Assembly (NCBI RefSeq): GCF_037042905.1
Contig: NC_087245.1
Coordinates: 3,164,001 to 3,228,000, forward strand
Direction of reading: 5' to 3'
DNA: 64,000 nt
DNA from: Lytechinus pictus
Taxonomy: Eukaryota
Shown: piece by piece, positions 27,136-41,080 of the stretch
How the letters are laid out: the number at the start of each line of letters is the position of its first letter
Numbering within the stretch: the stretch's first letter is position 1
Notes under the pieces: generated by a model
Seen by the model: the letters and a program-made list of their open reading frames with translations, nothing else
Database searches by the model: none
Told to the model about the DNA's origin: nothing
Position numbers and translations under genes: made by a program

Positions 27136-28745
27136 ATAATTATATAATATTGACTGGTCTTGAGGGGAACATCAAATATATTGCCAGCAAAAGAATCATA
27201 TTGGCCCGAGTCTTTAGACGAGGGCAATATGGGTCTTTTAAGGGCAATATATTTGATGTTCCCCGAAAGAAGAAAACACACTTCGCGTAACACTCTCTCC
27301 GCTCTTCATTCTATTCATCTTTATGCCGGTTTATGTTTTCAACTTTCAATTTAGTATTCATCACCAAGTGCACATATATCTTTTGTTTTTTATATATCTA
27401 TGTTTGTTAATACCGATGTCACTCATTTTTTTTTTTACTATTTACTATGTCTGAATTTAAATTGTTTAATGCATTTTTTTCTGTACATTGTTAGATGTTT
27501 ACTATGTCAACAGGACCATGTTGAAAAACAGTGTATATATTATCTGAACATGCTTATCCTGTATAAAGATTTTTAAATAAATAAATAAATAAATAAATAA
27601 GGGCAGTCAATATTTTTATTATCATCCAAATCAGATATCTAGAGCAAAAATTATGATAACAGTGATGTCTTTTAAGAATAGAGTTCTGTTGTGTCATGAT
27701 AAAATCAGTGTCTAGGCTCTGCACTTTACCATTATGACGTACTTGCAAGCGCCCAGATCCAGCGTTGTCTTTATTATGACGTAGATCGTTGGTGCGCGGA
27801 ACATGAAGCGTATCACTTCATTCGCATCCTCAAAGGCCCGGATGTGAGACCAGGGAAAATACAAAGGTATATTTTGCGTCGTCTCTGCATGCAAAGTCAA
27901 TGCGCGCATTGAGACCGAGGAAAATACAAACAATATACCTATCCCTTCCTGATAATAATAAAATACAGGGAAATGCGGTTTTGTAAATGACCAGCTCAGA
28001 TGTCTGATACGGGTGATAATTATATAATATTGACTGGCATAGAATCAGATACAAACCTATATTGCCCGATGTGAATCCAATATTGCCCAAGCCGAAGGCG
28101 CGGGCTATATTGGATTCAGAGAGGGAAATATAGGTTTGTATCTCATTCTATGCCAGTTAATATTATTATTATTACCTATATAGTGAATTGATTCAAAACT
28201 TCATAATATAAACATCTTTGCAATAGTCTATCAACACAGTCACACCCGCTATATTGAGAATTTTCACCACACATTTGACTTAACTTTTTTATAAAGGCTC
28301 CTCTGAAAAATCATCCATTGTAGGCCTACTTGTAATGCAGCATGCTCCATTAATGTGAGTTAAAATAGATGCAAACAATCATGAACACAGCAAATAAAAT
28401 TCGTCTGCACCATAACTAGCGAATCTCTTAGCCATTTTCTCACGTCATCTACACGCTGTGCATACACAATTTTCATAGTTATTTGTCTATGTGCATGTGC
28501 ATGGCATGCATCGCACTATGCGCTGCGCTGTACATATAGAGCCGCGCTGCGCTACGACTGCGGTCTCTTCACAAACTGGTTCCAACCAGATTTCGCGAAT
28601 ATTGCCCGCTGTTAAATTTACACACAAAGTCAACGGGAAAACCCGGAAGAGAGAAAATACGGCACGATATTGACCGCTGCGAAATCAGAGAACGCAAAAT
28701 ATGGATAATGATTGCAACGGAGAAACACCTCGTATAGGTAATAAT
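27136..28745. repeat. Two related long-hairpin repeats (27136-27270 and 28016-28170) with an associated short inverted repeat
   Basis: Both begin ATAATTATATAATATTGACTGG. Perfect 22-bp stem 27164-27185/27243-27264, long stem 28024-28165, and ATTATTACCTATA near 28168 mirrored near 28732. Confidence 0.7.
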
Positions 28746-30749
28746 GCAAAATGTTTCATAATTCATTTAATCAAGTACAAAATAAATATTGAGTGTGTAA
28801 TATATCAAAGACCTTCTTCATTTGCCCAGTTAATTTTAATATGCATGTCACTTCACTTTGATTTCGTTTTATGTGAAATAAAGTACAATTTTTTAAAATG
28901 CCATAGCTTTCTTATTCTACTTTTGATATAGATAAATTCGTCAGTATGTTGCTGGTTATATCATTCTGTATTTGTATGAAACATATTCAATGTAGGGATA
29001 GCGTGAAACCAAGTATCAGGAACGGTATAAGTTCCTACACATATCCATTTTCTTTTTAATTTTAATTACATTTTAAGGATGGAATGGGTAGATCTAGACA
29101 TGTAGGTTGTTTCATGGATTAGTCTACTTTCGAGATACAAGTATATAGACACAGTAGGGAGCACGATTGATTGATTTTAACGGTTTCCTTTGAAAAATTC
29201 ACCCGGGAAAATAAATACAATTCCTAAGGTAATGAATATCATGAATAGGAAATGTTAAAAGTTCATCAAAATGTTTAGTGTGTCAGGAGTGCCCCTAATT
29301 TGGCCAAATGCACCAAACATATAGAGGACTTGAATTGTGTTTTTCCTGTAAACTTAATCACAAATAATATTAGATTTATCGTCAACAAAATAATGTAGTA
29401 AATAAAATCCAGGGGAAAATGCAAATGGAGTTCGATTCAATCATGTTCAATTTTGAAAAAAAAATCATTATCCCTATTTATTTGTGATTGACTATTGATT
29501 TATATATATCATAATACATCATAAAATTCTGCAAATTACCGACCTTAAGACCGTTTTAACATTACAATATTAATAAAAATAAATCACATCCAAATCTGAA
29601 TATCTTAGTGAATATGTCTAGTTTCTCCTCGGTATTGTCTTTCTATATCCAGATTATACTCGTAAAATTGTCTTATAATGTTTCAATTTTTTTTTTTGGG
29701 GGGGGGGTTGGGGTTGTGTTCATGAAAGTTTACTCAATTAAACAAGGTTGTTTCAGAACTTGTAATCGAAATTGAAAATAAAATTGCTTTTTCTTTTCTT
29801 TTAACCAGGGGGAGGTGTAAATCAAAGTGCAAAAATACAAGTGGTATATAACAATGGATTTTTAATGCAAATTTGTAAAGGTTTGGAATAAAGGAAAATC
29901 AATCTAATGAATAAACTTAAAATACTGCTTGGTAAAAGATAATTGCTTTGATGCGAAAGACTTTGGTAACAACTTTGAACATCGAATCGGTATATGCTTA
30001 AACAAACTGAAAGACATCTGCCAACGTTGCTGGACTTGTTATGGCCAAACGTATTCTATCAAAATCAAATTTGTCAAGATATCTTACATCTTTGTTATCA
30101 AACCTATAAATATTAGCCTGGAAGGAATGTAATTAAAAGACACGAACAGAATATCAGTCTGTGTATAGTAAGAATCACTAATGGATATATAAATTATTGA
30201 TATACCTTTAAAAATCTGGATCTTGTACAATAGCACTGGGGGATACAATATAAATATTTCATTTTGAATAGAAAAACGACCAACGTTAGAGCTAAAGATT
30301 TCTATATCATCAAATTCTCCCTACAGCTCCAATGAGAGATTGATGGAGAGAGAGAGAGAGAGGGGAGGGGGACCAAACCAAAAATATCAGATGGTGTTGG
30401 TAGACATGTGCTTGGTAACTGAATATTTCAGACGGAAAATAACTATTAATATGATTTTTTATGTTGATTGAGATTAAATAAAACGTACGAAATACATGCA
30501 AATCCTTGAATAGCATGAATTTGCAGTTAAAGAGCAAACTTGAATTTAAGTAAGTAGGTAGCTTAACGTCAGACGTATATGCTATTTCTGTGTCCAAATG
30601 AAAATGAAGTACTGCAAATTAAATAAAATAGTATTGCAGTGTGTTTGGCGTGGTAAAAACTAGCAGCAATTGACGGGCGGGCGTTGCAATCAGTAACTTA
30701 ACTCTCATAGTTCTTAGGTCCCAGCGTCAGTGATGACCCCCCCCCCCCC

Positions 30750-30780
<31 letters not shown>

Positions 30781-30793
30781 ACACACCCTCCCC

Positions 30794-30824
<31 letters not shown>

Positions 30825-31716
30825 TTATACAGACCATACTACATTATTTCCAGATTAGAACCAATTTATAACAATTCTCAATTTCAAATCAGATATGTCT
30901 ACTCTAGTATCACATTAAGTATCAAGTAATTTCCTGTCTTCTTCCGTTCTCATTCGCTTGGATCAATGGGATATAGTTTACATGCTTTATTGACCATATA
31001 GCTAGAAAGAACATGTCAGCGGACCCCCCCCCCCCTCACAAAAAAAAGTTATTAAAAATAAAAGAAATTAAAGAGCATACAATATACAGATGGGAATCTA
31101 TTTAAAGAAATACAATGAAGTGAGCCGATTTCTGATTAACATGAACTAAATGTAATTATGTGAGGGAGATTCTGTGTTGCGATGGGTGGGTGTGAAGTTG
31201 GATGAGATGTTCCACTTACTCGACCAGCTATGCAAGAGACACTTCCCAAGATACCTAATATGTCCTTCCGTAAACAACTGTTTATTTCAGAGTATCTTCA
31301 ATACGTGATCCCAATTGATTCTATATTTAAGGTTTTTCCATTGGTAGGCTTATTTTCTCAAAAAACTGCTTAAAAACATATTAATTCAGTTCCCTTTGCC
31401 ATCGCTTGAAATGTATTTTGACAAGATACTGATAATTAACGCAGGCAATCTACAGGTGTCGGCATCGCCAATATCTACGAGATGGCGAAGACTTTCATAA
31501 TTAGGAAACGCATTCAGTTCGTTCATCTGATCTCCTTCCCCCAATGGCGTCAGCAAATATCAGGGAACAAATTATCTTCTTCGTAGAAATTGCATCCGTT
31601 TCGAGGGGAAAAACAAAAAGCCCCATTGATAAACAAGGCAGATAATTCATATGACCTGTTCTTTTAGTCTTTAACACAAGGTTAAACTGGTTGTATGTTG
31701 TAGAATTTCATTTTAA

Positions 31717-32765
31717 TATGAAAATATTAAAAAACAGTTTAATTTTACTACGAAAAAAAAAATGTCGAAAATGATGCAGAATTTAGAAAACAGAAAAAAA
31801 AGAAGAGGAAGAAGAAGAAGAAGACAAATAATAATAAGAAGAAAAGATGATAATGATGAAGAAGAAGAAAAAGAAAAAAAGATGATAAAGAAGAAGACGA
31901 AGAAGAAGAAAAGAAGAAGATGAAGAAGGAGAAAAAGAAGATGATGATGAAGAAGAAGAAGAATATGAAGAAGAAAAAGAAAAAAGATGATAAAGAAGAA
32001 GACAAAGAAGAAGATGAAGAAGGAGAAGAAGAAGATGGTGATGATGAAGAAGAAGAGGTTAGATATTGGAATAGAAACATCACTCAAACCGCGTTTGTCT
32101 ATAAGGAAGCTGCTCTCATATGACGTTACAGAATAATAACCTATTGTTTTGATAGGAAAATATGAAAAAATAGTTTAATTTTACTACGAAAAAACATGTC
32201 GAAAATGATGCAGAATTTAGAAAACAGAAGAAAAAGAAGAGGAAGAAGAAGACGACAAATAATAATAAGAAGAAAAGATGATGGTGATGAAGAAGAAGAA
32301 GAAAAAAGAAGATCATAAAGAAGAAGAAAAAGAAGAAGATGAAGACAAATAATAATAAGAAGAAAAGATGATGACGAAGAAGAAGAAGAAAAAAATAAGA
32401 TGAAGAAGGAGAAGAAGGAGATGATGAAGAAGAAGAAAAAGATGTTAAAGAAGAAGACAAAGAAGAAGATGAGGAAGAAGAAGAAGAAGAAGACAAATAA
32501 TAATAAGAAGAAAAGATGATGATGATGAAGAAGAAGAAGAACAAAATAAGATGAAGGAGAAGAAGGAGATGATGAAGAAAAAGAAAAAGGAAAAGATGAT
32601 AAAGAAGAAGACAAAGAAGAAAAAGAAGAAGATGAAGAAGGAGAAGAAGAAGAAGATGATGAAGAAGAGGTTAGATATTGGAATAGAAACATCACTCAAA
32701 CCGCGTTTGTCTATAAGAAAGTTGCTCTCATATGACGTTACAGAATAATAACCTATTGTTTTGAT
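31717..32765. repeat. Tandem duplication (units ~435 and ~610 bp) enclosing GAA/GAT low-complexity sequence
   Basis: The unique anchors AGTTTAATTTTACTACGAAAAAA and GAGGTTAGATATTGGAATAGAAACATCACTC...CCTATTGTTTTGAT each occur twice in the same order. Confidence 0.95.
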
Positions 32766-34948
32766 GGATTTTTAAAACCTTCATTGAATTTGATGCCAGT
32801 GGGGTGACTTCCACTTTATGGGAAATTTTATTTTTGTTCTTGATTCTTCCTCTTTATTTGCTCGTAAGTCCAAATTCATACGAAGATTGGTCAGTTTACA
32901 AGATATAGCCAACGTAGGAATTTTGATAAGATATCAGAATACGTCAGAGGCACTGCTCCGGCAAACTCTAATTAGAAGTCTAATTGCTGCAAGCTGAGAT
33001 TCCTTTTAAAAACTTTCCAATCCTTGATGCGAAAATTTAATTCGTATATTAGCTTCGCCTCTAGTCAGAGCGTGTTCCTTATATTATTAAATGTTACAAG
33101 TCCCCCCCCCTCTTTTTTATCCTTACAATTAGTCTTGACAGCAATACGAATCGTTAAAAGCATTTAGAATTAATAGCCTTGAACGATAAAAAGGAAAGAC
33201 GAAATGATGATAAAAAGGAAAATTGATGAAATGGAGAAAGAGACGAAGTAAACAATGGCGTAGTGTAGGATAAGGGACAAACGGGTGACTAAAGACCACG
33301 CCCTCGTCTTGAATGGCGGGATAGAGGGGAGGATGGTTGGAATTGTAAACCTTAAGCAATTATAAGAATACCTCAGTTTATATTAAAAAAACATACACAA
33401 TGCGCCAAGTGTGTCTAAAAAAATAGTGGTTGGAATAACAAAATGATTTTTTATAGATATAATATGTTGCATTTAAGAAGAATTTTTTTAAAAAGATTTT
33501 ATATAATTCAGTTTTATTGCTTAAATAATTATAAAACAACAATAAAAAAATTACAATGGCATTACAATATAAAGAAAAATTGAATAAATAAGAAAGGAAA
33601 AAGGAATAAAGGAGCGACATGAATTTTATCACATAGAGATTAATAAAGATGACATTGAACATTCACAGCAAATTACAGCTCAAATCTCCATTTGCGGAAA
33701 TGAAGAACTAGTTTAATTTGCTTTTTGGCTATCCTATACTATGTTTCTCTATCAACATTCGAATAAATGTTAAAAGCTTGGTAGGTGGGGGAGTTATTTT
33801 GGAATTTACAAATATAAATAACATATTTCAGTAAAAAAAATACAAGTCACAAATGTATCGCCTTTGTATCCAAACATTCTTTCAAAGGGTGTAAATTTAA
33901 TGTTATTATGCATTTTCATATTTATAGATTTTATCACTTCATTCCAAAGAGGTTAAATGTGGGTGCATTCCCTAAACAAATGTAAGAATAGTTTCTGGTT
34001 TGCTTTTAAAAAAATCGCACTTTAAGAAGAGAACTTGGTTTCGTGGTAAATGTTTCACGGCAATAAGTCTATTCATACGAAAGTGATTAGAGTGACATTA
34101 GCTTATAGCCCTAGTGGAAGCTCCACAAAGAAAATGTCTACAAAGACATCAACCAAAGTTTCGGGAAAATCAATCAAAAATTAATTTAATGGCAATAAAA
34201 AGTAGAAAATCATGCCGCACGAAAATCAAATGGGATTGTAGTAACTTTTTTCCAAATAATGGAGAAATGGAACCAAATGTGCGGAAAATGGTCAAGAATA
34301 TATAGATAGAAGAAGAAAAGAAACTGACCTTTGGATATCAGTACCGAGGAGATCGGACATGGAAGGTGTTCAGAAAATACCCAAAGGTCAACGATCTTCC
34401 ATTTAGAGAGATCTTTCATTCATTAAGTCCTTTGTAGAGATGTGGGCGTGGCGGATGACGAGGAAAGAGTACCAAGGGAGTCATTTGAAACCCCTTTAGC
34501 GTCTTCTTTCTGAGACGATTCACACATCAAACACCTCTCCAGTGACCGCGGTACAACATCGTCATTGATCAAAATAGATCTGTTGTGACACAGCTCAAAC
34601 TGACAAGTGATGCAGGAACTAGGTATTAAACACTTGAAATCCTTTTGTTCATTATAATTTTGTGCCAAAAATGATGGTGTAGATGATTGAATCACAGTAA
34701 CGTCGTCTTAGTTTTTATTTTTCGTTTTCACCTCATGAACTTTCCTTAATGGTATATCTACTTCGATAGTTGGCAGACTTATTAAAATTCATCTTGAAAA
34801 ATAAAAATGAGATATAAAAAGATGAAAATGATAATAATAAATACAAGAATGAATACCATTCCTTAAAAGATTGCAAAGAAAATGAATGCTGACCATGTTT
34901 TAGAAATGCCACATTCTTCAAGTGAGATGTTTAAGATTGAGAAGTTGT

Positions 34949-35113
34949 AGCCTCGTTCAGACGACGTGCGATCCTAGTCGCAGTAGAATTCTATGCATTA
35001 TTACGCAGGCTGCTTTGATCGGAGGAAGGGTCAGAGGAAGCCCAGTCGGAGGAAATGTCGGAGTAGTGCCCGGCTGGGCAGAGTTACTCCGACTTTAATC
35101 CGACCAAGATACT
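34949..35113. repeat. Dispersed repeat fragment (transposon end); second copy at ~45741-45941
   Basis: Both copies start AGCCTCGTTCAGAC and share GTCAGAGGAAGCCCAGTCGGAGGAAATGTCGGAGTAGTGCCCG. Confidence 0.8.
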
Positions 35114-36509
35114 CTTGGATACCAATAATGGTATTAATAGATGCTTATATATAATTTTGGATGGTTTTGCTTCGACATCATATTTTTAAAACCATATTAT
35201 TCACACGTATCTACGATGAACTCTCATCTCACCGTAAAGATACATAAATCATCTGATCATCACTTCTTAATGTCCTTTTGAATAGTATTTGCTTCTTTGT
35301 TCCAAAATATGGCAAATCACCTTCCTTCAACATGTAAACCGCGTTTTGGGTTTACTTGTAATTTGTTTTTAATGTATTTTCCTTCTTTTTGTTTTTCTTA
35401 TGATTTTGTTTCTTTCAAACGATCTTATTCTCTTATTTGATTAAAACCCGCATGCTATCAACGCACCTAATTTTCCTTTCCCATTTCTTATTCCTCTTTT
35501 CATATATACCCCGACCATGTCGACTTTCCGTTCGTTATTTTACAAGAGAATATGATTTATCCTTATTTTATGATTACTATTGGTGATTGATCATGAGGCT
35601 GATCTTTTCTGAATGGATACACAAGAATCGAGGCATCAATTGTAAAAGATCATCACCATGGTCAATCAGTAAACTCTGAGTTGGGTGGCCAAGGATTAAT
35701 GGCAATGCATGACGTTATCATGATAAACTAACAAACCAACATTCTTAATGTACACTCAAATACCGTATAATTTAAAAAATGTCATACAGAGATATCAAAT
35801 CAAATTACCCCTTTTTAACCAGCAATAGTCATCACCAGAGGCATAAGTTGTATTATCATCTTGTGTATTATCATCTTGTAATGCATAATATGGATTTCCA
35901 AATATCGTTAGAAGTCAGATGTTGGAACGAGTTTCCATTAAACAAACTGACGAGAGAAAAAAAAAACATCATAAACGAATATTAATTCAAAGGTAATTAT
36001 GGCAAAGAATCGAAATTCTAAAGCAGTTGAAAATTGATGATTTCTTTTTCTCGAAAGTTTCTTATTGAAAGCATGCATTAAAATGTACACTATGTCTTGA
36101 TATTGGTTGGTACAATAAAAAAAAACATTTCTGAAAAAATGAACAAAATCATGTTTTCACTGGCTGTTCTGCTTGTGCACATTTTTTTTTCAAAGATGTG
36201 AAAAATTTTCATGACTCGAGGAAATGTGAAAATCTTCTGGCGTTCTGTTTTCACGGGAAAATGTCACAAGTGGCAAATTCAGATATTTGCAATAATGCTC
36301 CAACAGTAAGTTTAATGCATAGTTTAAAAATATCACAAATTGTTAGCCAAAGATTAGGTTAATTTAAATTCAGCGGTCATTTGGACCATGAAATTAAAAA
36401 TAGAACTGTTGGATTTTGGAACGCATTCGATCTTCGAAACCTCTGGAGACATTTGGCAATTGGTGAACATGATGAGAGATGAAGTCCTCTTGAATCTTGT
36501 ATCTTACAG

Positions 36510-36632
36510 AAAACAAATCATGCCCTCTCGCGACGATGGAAAAATGTGCTGACGGCAAGCAATGTATTCTTGCTTCAGATATATGTAATGGAGAAGTGAA
36601 CTGTTTAGATGAATCAGACGAGTTTTATTGTG
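36510..36632 (+). CDS. Exon 3, LDLa repeat 2 (ENKSCPLATMEKCADGKQCILASDICNGEVNCLDESDEFYC)
   Basis: Acceptor TTACAG, 123-nt phase 1-1 exon with six Cys and SDE, donor G|GTAAGT. Confidence 0.93.
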
Positions 36633-36962
36633 GTAAGTTAACCTTTGGTTCATGGGTCATTTATATCATGTATTCAATCTAAAATCCGTCGGTTAGGCTT
36701 TACTTTGCTAAATCACACAATGCTAATGTTATGCTGAAAATCAATTATGCTGAAAATGAAATTATCATAATTACATTTGTCGTGTAAATTTGTTTTAGTC
36801 ACAGGAACATTATGTAAAATTCATTCTGAAAAATTTGGTTTTTTTTAGAACAAAAATTTAAATATTCATGAATAGCAAAAAGAATAGTGAGTGTTATTTT
36901 ACAGGAATCCCCATCAATACTCTCCATTATTGCATATCATTGTCTGATGAAACTAATAAATA

Positions 36963-39063
36963 TACACAACAAAAAAAGTAAGTCCCCCCTAAATCAAATT
37001 GCTGTAACTTTTGAACTGAGTTATTTTGAGATATGATATTTCGTATGTGGTTTTCTACACTCATTAAGCAACTTAACAAAAAACTTAACAAAAAAATGAG
37101 ATTGATCGGTTGAGTCATGCATTAGTAATTAAAGATTGAATTAAAAATGACAATTTTTGAAAGTCACAAGAGTCGTTTTTCAGATTGTGTAAATACAAAG
37201 TTGGGCAAAAGTTGTTTTTGGGTGAATTTTATGGTGTTATGCTGTTTTGCTATCCATCATTTAGCCACTCCACACACAATTTTGATATCGTATGTTCATG
37301 GTTGAGTGAGCACAATATCGCAGGGGCCGCGGAAGTGGGGGTGCGGGGGGCCCACTTTTTTCCAAAATCATGTACAAAAATGTAAAAATGACCATAGATT
37401 GTGATTTTTTGCATGGTCAGCCCCCCCCCTCCCCCCTCCACTTTTGGCTCAGCCCCTTCCCCACACTTTGAAAACCGTTCCGCGGCCCCTGTATTGTGAC
37501 GTATCATCATAGGGTTTTTGGTAGTATCCTCTACAACTTGTTAGGTCATATTAAAATTTGAAAATGTTGGTGGCTCCCCCGATTATAGGCCCCTCCCCCA
37601 TTTTAAATTCTGGATCCACCACTGATTTGTCCATAAATTAAACTGATCATGAGAAATTGCTAGGAAAATAATGCATTTATGCAGTATAAAGAGTATTCAT
37701 TCCTAAGTTTTCGAATGTGCTCGCTCAACCATGAAAATGTTAAGTTCGGTAAGTGTGTGGTGATAGAAATGATGGATGATAAAAACAACAGCAATTAAAG
37801 TCACATTTGAAACCGAATTTGCCCCCTATATTCACCTTATTACCCTTTAAAATGAGTCTGTGACATTGAAAATACCCATTTTCTCACTTTGATGCGTGCT
37901 CACTCATCCGTAAATAAACAAATCGATTTCATTTTTGCACAGAATTCTGCCCATAGGTTGATAAACATTACTTCCAAATGACATTGCTGTAGACATCCTT
38001 GAAAAAAAGTTCCACCATATTGAATAAGGGGTTACTAATTCTTAAACATATGCACCCATAATGTACACAAGTCTATGAGAGAGGAAGTCAAAATTTAACA
38101 AATATGAAATAAGGGGTTTGTTTCATGGACGGTTTTTGTTACTTCTGCCAACAGTTATTTCATGAAACTTCGCACATGGTTTCAGAGTAACACTATCCAA
38201 AAGGCGCGCAAACCAAAATAACAATTCGATGCGGCACAGAGTGGGGCCAAGGCCTTGAACTTTCTTCTCATTTGCATAATTTTCGAATATTGTGTGCTCA
38301 CTGATGCATTAAACATCGGGATTTTCATAAAAATCAAATCAAATGAACCATGCACGGAGGTTTGTGACAGATATCCATAGTTACAAATTGCATTTTTTCC
38401 AATAACGTAAAAAAGAGCTAATCACATTCCACATGTTCATTCAAGCGTGAATGTTTAATTAAACGCCTTTGAATCATTGAAGCATGTTAATTGGTCATGA
38501 CAATAACGAAAAAGTTGATAAAAGATCAGTTTCAGTTACCAAAATGAAACAATACTTGCCTATGATATTTGAAAATCGTATTTTTTGTTTTCAATAAATG
38601 TTCATTGAACCGTGAAAGGATGAATATTGTTGAAGATACTCTTCCCAAAAATAACTGTCATCATATTCTATCATTTTTATTGATGAAAATGTGTAAAAAA
38701 TCCAATTATAGCAAATTTGGACTTGTGTTTATTCAACCGTGAAATTTAGCCCAAAAAATTGTATCGTCTTTTAGAAAGTACCTTTTACAAGCCTTTTGAC
38801 TATTTTTCATGATGAGAATGTGGAATCAGTTCCAATAAAATGGAATCAAAGTCATGATTTTTGGCTTGTGACTTTTGAAAAGTGACATTTTTGCCTTCTG
38901 ACGGTGCTCACTGAAGCATGACGTAAAATACGTCCATAACATTTACTCAGAGGGTAGCTTATAAAATTACCTACACACTCGTGTAAAAATGTATCAAAAA
39001 CTCGCATTGGTTCGGAAATTATTGATGTTTGTTCAAGGGGGGACTTACTTTTTTTGTTGTGTA
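36963..39063. mobile_element. ~2.1-kb non-autonomous Tc1/mariner-like element
   Basis: ~27-bp TIRs TACACAACAAAAAAAGTAAGTCCCCCC, TA flanks, no ORF. It hosts a nested MITE. Confidence 0.85.
37321..37491. mobile_element. hAT-like MITE, copy 2, nested in the Tc1/mariner-like element
   Basis: Same TIRs and body as the 24579 copy. Flanks TATCG/TATTG fit a 5-bp TSD with one CpG-type change. Confidence 0.9.
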
Positions 39064-39556
39064 TACTTTGCCATAATTGTGTTTGTACGATTTTGATAAG
39101 TTTATAAGTATTCTGCTTTACTTTTTAATATATTATTGTTACCCACTTGATCTAGGAGTGGATGTATCTTGAGGATTCGTCCTTAAATCAGGGGAGATAG
39201 TCATGCACATATAACATACATGTAAATATATAAATGTAATTTTTCAAGGTTCTGTTTAGCATATAACCAAAAATATTGTCTTGGAATGTTGTGGTATAGT
39301 ATATCAGACTCATGCGTTGGAATTTTCCCAGTGGTGCGTGCGTCCTTTGGTAAGACATCAATCTACTCGTTGCTACTCTCTACTCCAGTCTTAAAGTGGG
39401 GGTAATAGGGGTTACAGAAATGTGTATATCCATTGGCATGGTAGCAATCCGCACGTGTCTCCCACAGAATGTCTTCAGTACAGTAACCAATATGAGACGC
39501 CCCTCCCCCTCCCCATGTCAATGACAAACCAAAAAACATAAAGAAACTGTCACTCA

Positions 39557-39819
39557 TAGGGCCCTGGGCACAATTTTTTTTTACAGAGGGTGCTGATATA
39601 ACTTTGACCCCCCCCCCAAAAAAAAAAAAAAAAAGGTTTTCTCAACAAATTGGAGGTCAAATTGGTCACGAGAAGTTGAAATGAAGGTCATTTTGGTTAT
39701 CATTTTCGATTTTTAGACATTTTCCAGAATACCTAGGGGTGTTGCCTAGGGAGAATGATACACACATCACCCCATATGATTTTTTGGGTACCCCAGCACT
39801 CCCGCTTCCCAGGGCCATG
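39557..39819. mobile_element. Degenerate hAT-like MITE
   Basis: Short inverted ends GGCCCTGGG / CCCAGGGCC. No clear TSD. Confidence 0.5.
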
Positions 39820-39885
39820 CACACATAGCCTAAAGAGATGAAAAAAAGTGGAATACTATTATAATCCGTGTGATACTCGTTTCAG

Positions 39886-39999
39886 ATACTGATGACTGTG
39901 CAGACGACCCTTGTGATAATGGAGGAACATGTAACGATATGGTCAATGATTACAACTGCTCGTGCCTACCTGGTTTCATTGGAATAAAGTGTGAAATAG
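39886..39999 (+). CDS. Exon 4, calcium-binding EGF domain ([38 protein letters not shown])
   Basis: Acceptor TTTCAG, 114-nt phase 1-1 exon matching the Notch/fibropellin-type EGF_CA consensus, donor G|GTAACA. Confidence 0.93.
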
Positions 40000-40257
40000 G
40001 TAACAAATTGGAAACGCTTTCAAAGTTGGGATTCGCGTTTTCTATAGGATGTTTTTGTTTTAATTTATTATTTTTTCTTGTTTGGTTTAAATTTCTGTTG
40101 AATTATCATTATATATTACCAGCTGGTCATTGCAGAAAATTAAGTTTTACATTAAAAAATGACAATTTAGTTAGAAGATTCATAACTTGAACATTACCTT
40201 TTCATCCATGCAAAGAAATACGACTGAGTTTAAAATCATTCAATATTTTGAAATCAA

Positions 40258-40302
<45 letters not shown>

Positions 40303-40396
40303 GTGTAAAGTTATACATGTACAACAGCTTTGGCAACTCTTTTTATTTAAATATTGTAAAGAAATGGATGAAGAGAACAATATATATATATATATA

Positions 40397-41049
40397 CATG
40401 TGTTGCAAAAGGGGTTAGGTCCTCTTTGGACTATTCCGAGAAAAATCATGTTTTTATTCTCACTAATTGCATGCAATATTCTTATGAATATATGTGATTC
40501 TTCTTTGCCACTTTTATTCACGTTTTAACCTGAATTTAAAATTTTCTTTGGTATCATCAGAGCGACTAAAGATCTATAGGTTTTGCGACAGAAAACAATA
40601 AAATTTATGAAAAATGGACCTAACCCCTTTTGACAAATGATCTCTTCAGAAGATTTTGGTTGCAAAAGGGGCTAGGTCCACTCCAAGAAAATCATTTTTT
40701 TTAACCCTCCCATATTGCAATATTCTTATGCGAAAATAAATTTTCATGATACCCTACCATGTGAATATGAAATTTGAAATAAAAGAAATCTACCAATCTT
40801 CATATTTTTTAAATATTCTTTTCCAAAAAAAATCTTTGTGGACCTAACCCCTTTTGCAACAAAACTGAAATGGACCTAACCCCTTTTGAAAAAAGGTGAT
40901 TTTTTGTTGCCATTTTTGTTCACTTCTTAATGGGAATTTCAACTTTTCTTTGGTCTCATCTTATAGAGCTACTAAAAATCTATATATTGAGACAACAAAA
41001 AATCAAATTTGATGAATAATGGGCCTAACCCCTTTTTGCAACTGAGCTC
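40397..41049. mobile_element. Non-autonomous TIR element between (TA)n tracts
   Basis: Inverted ends GTTGCAAAAGGGGTTAGG / CCTAACCCCTTTTTGCAAC and repeated internal GGACCTAACCCCTTTTG in both orientations. Confidence 0.7.
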
Positions 41050-41080
41050 ATCATATAAACATATATATATATATATATAT

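Noticed and set aside
31713..32748. Poly-Lys/Glu and poly-Phe/Ser ORFs
   Set aside because: Artefacts of GAA low-complexity sequence, with frequent stops in all frames.
39283..39420. Degenerate SINE head and core
   Set aside because: The resemblance is partial, with no clear B box or tail.
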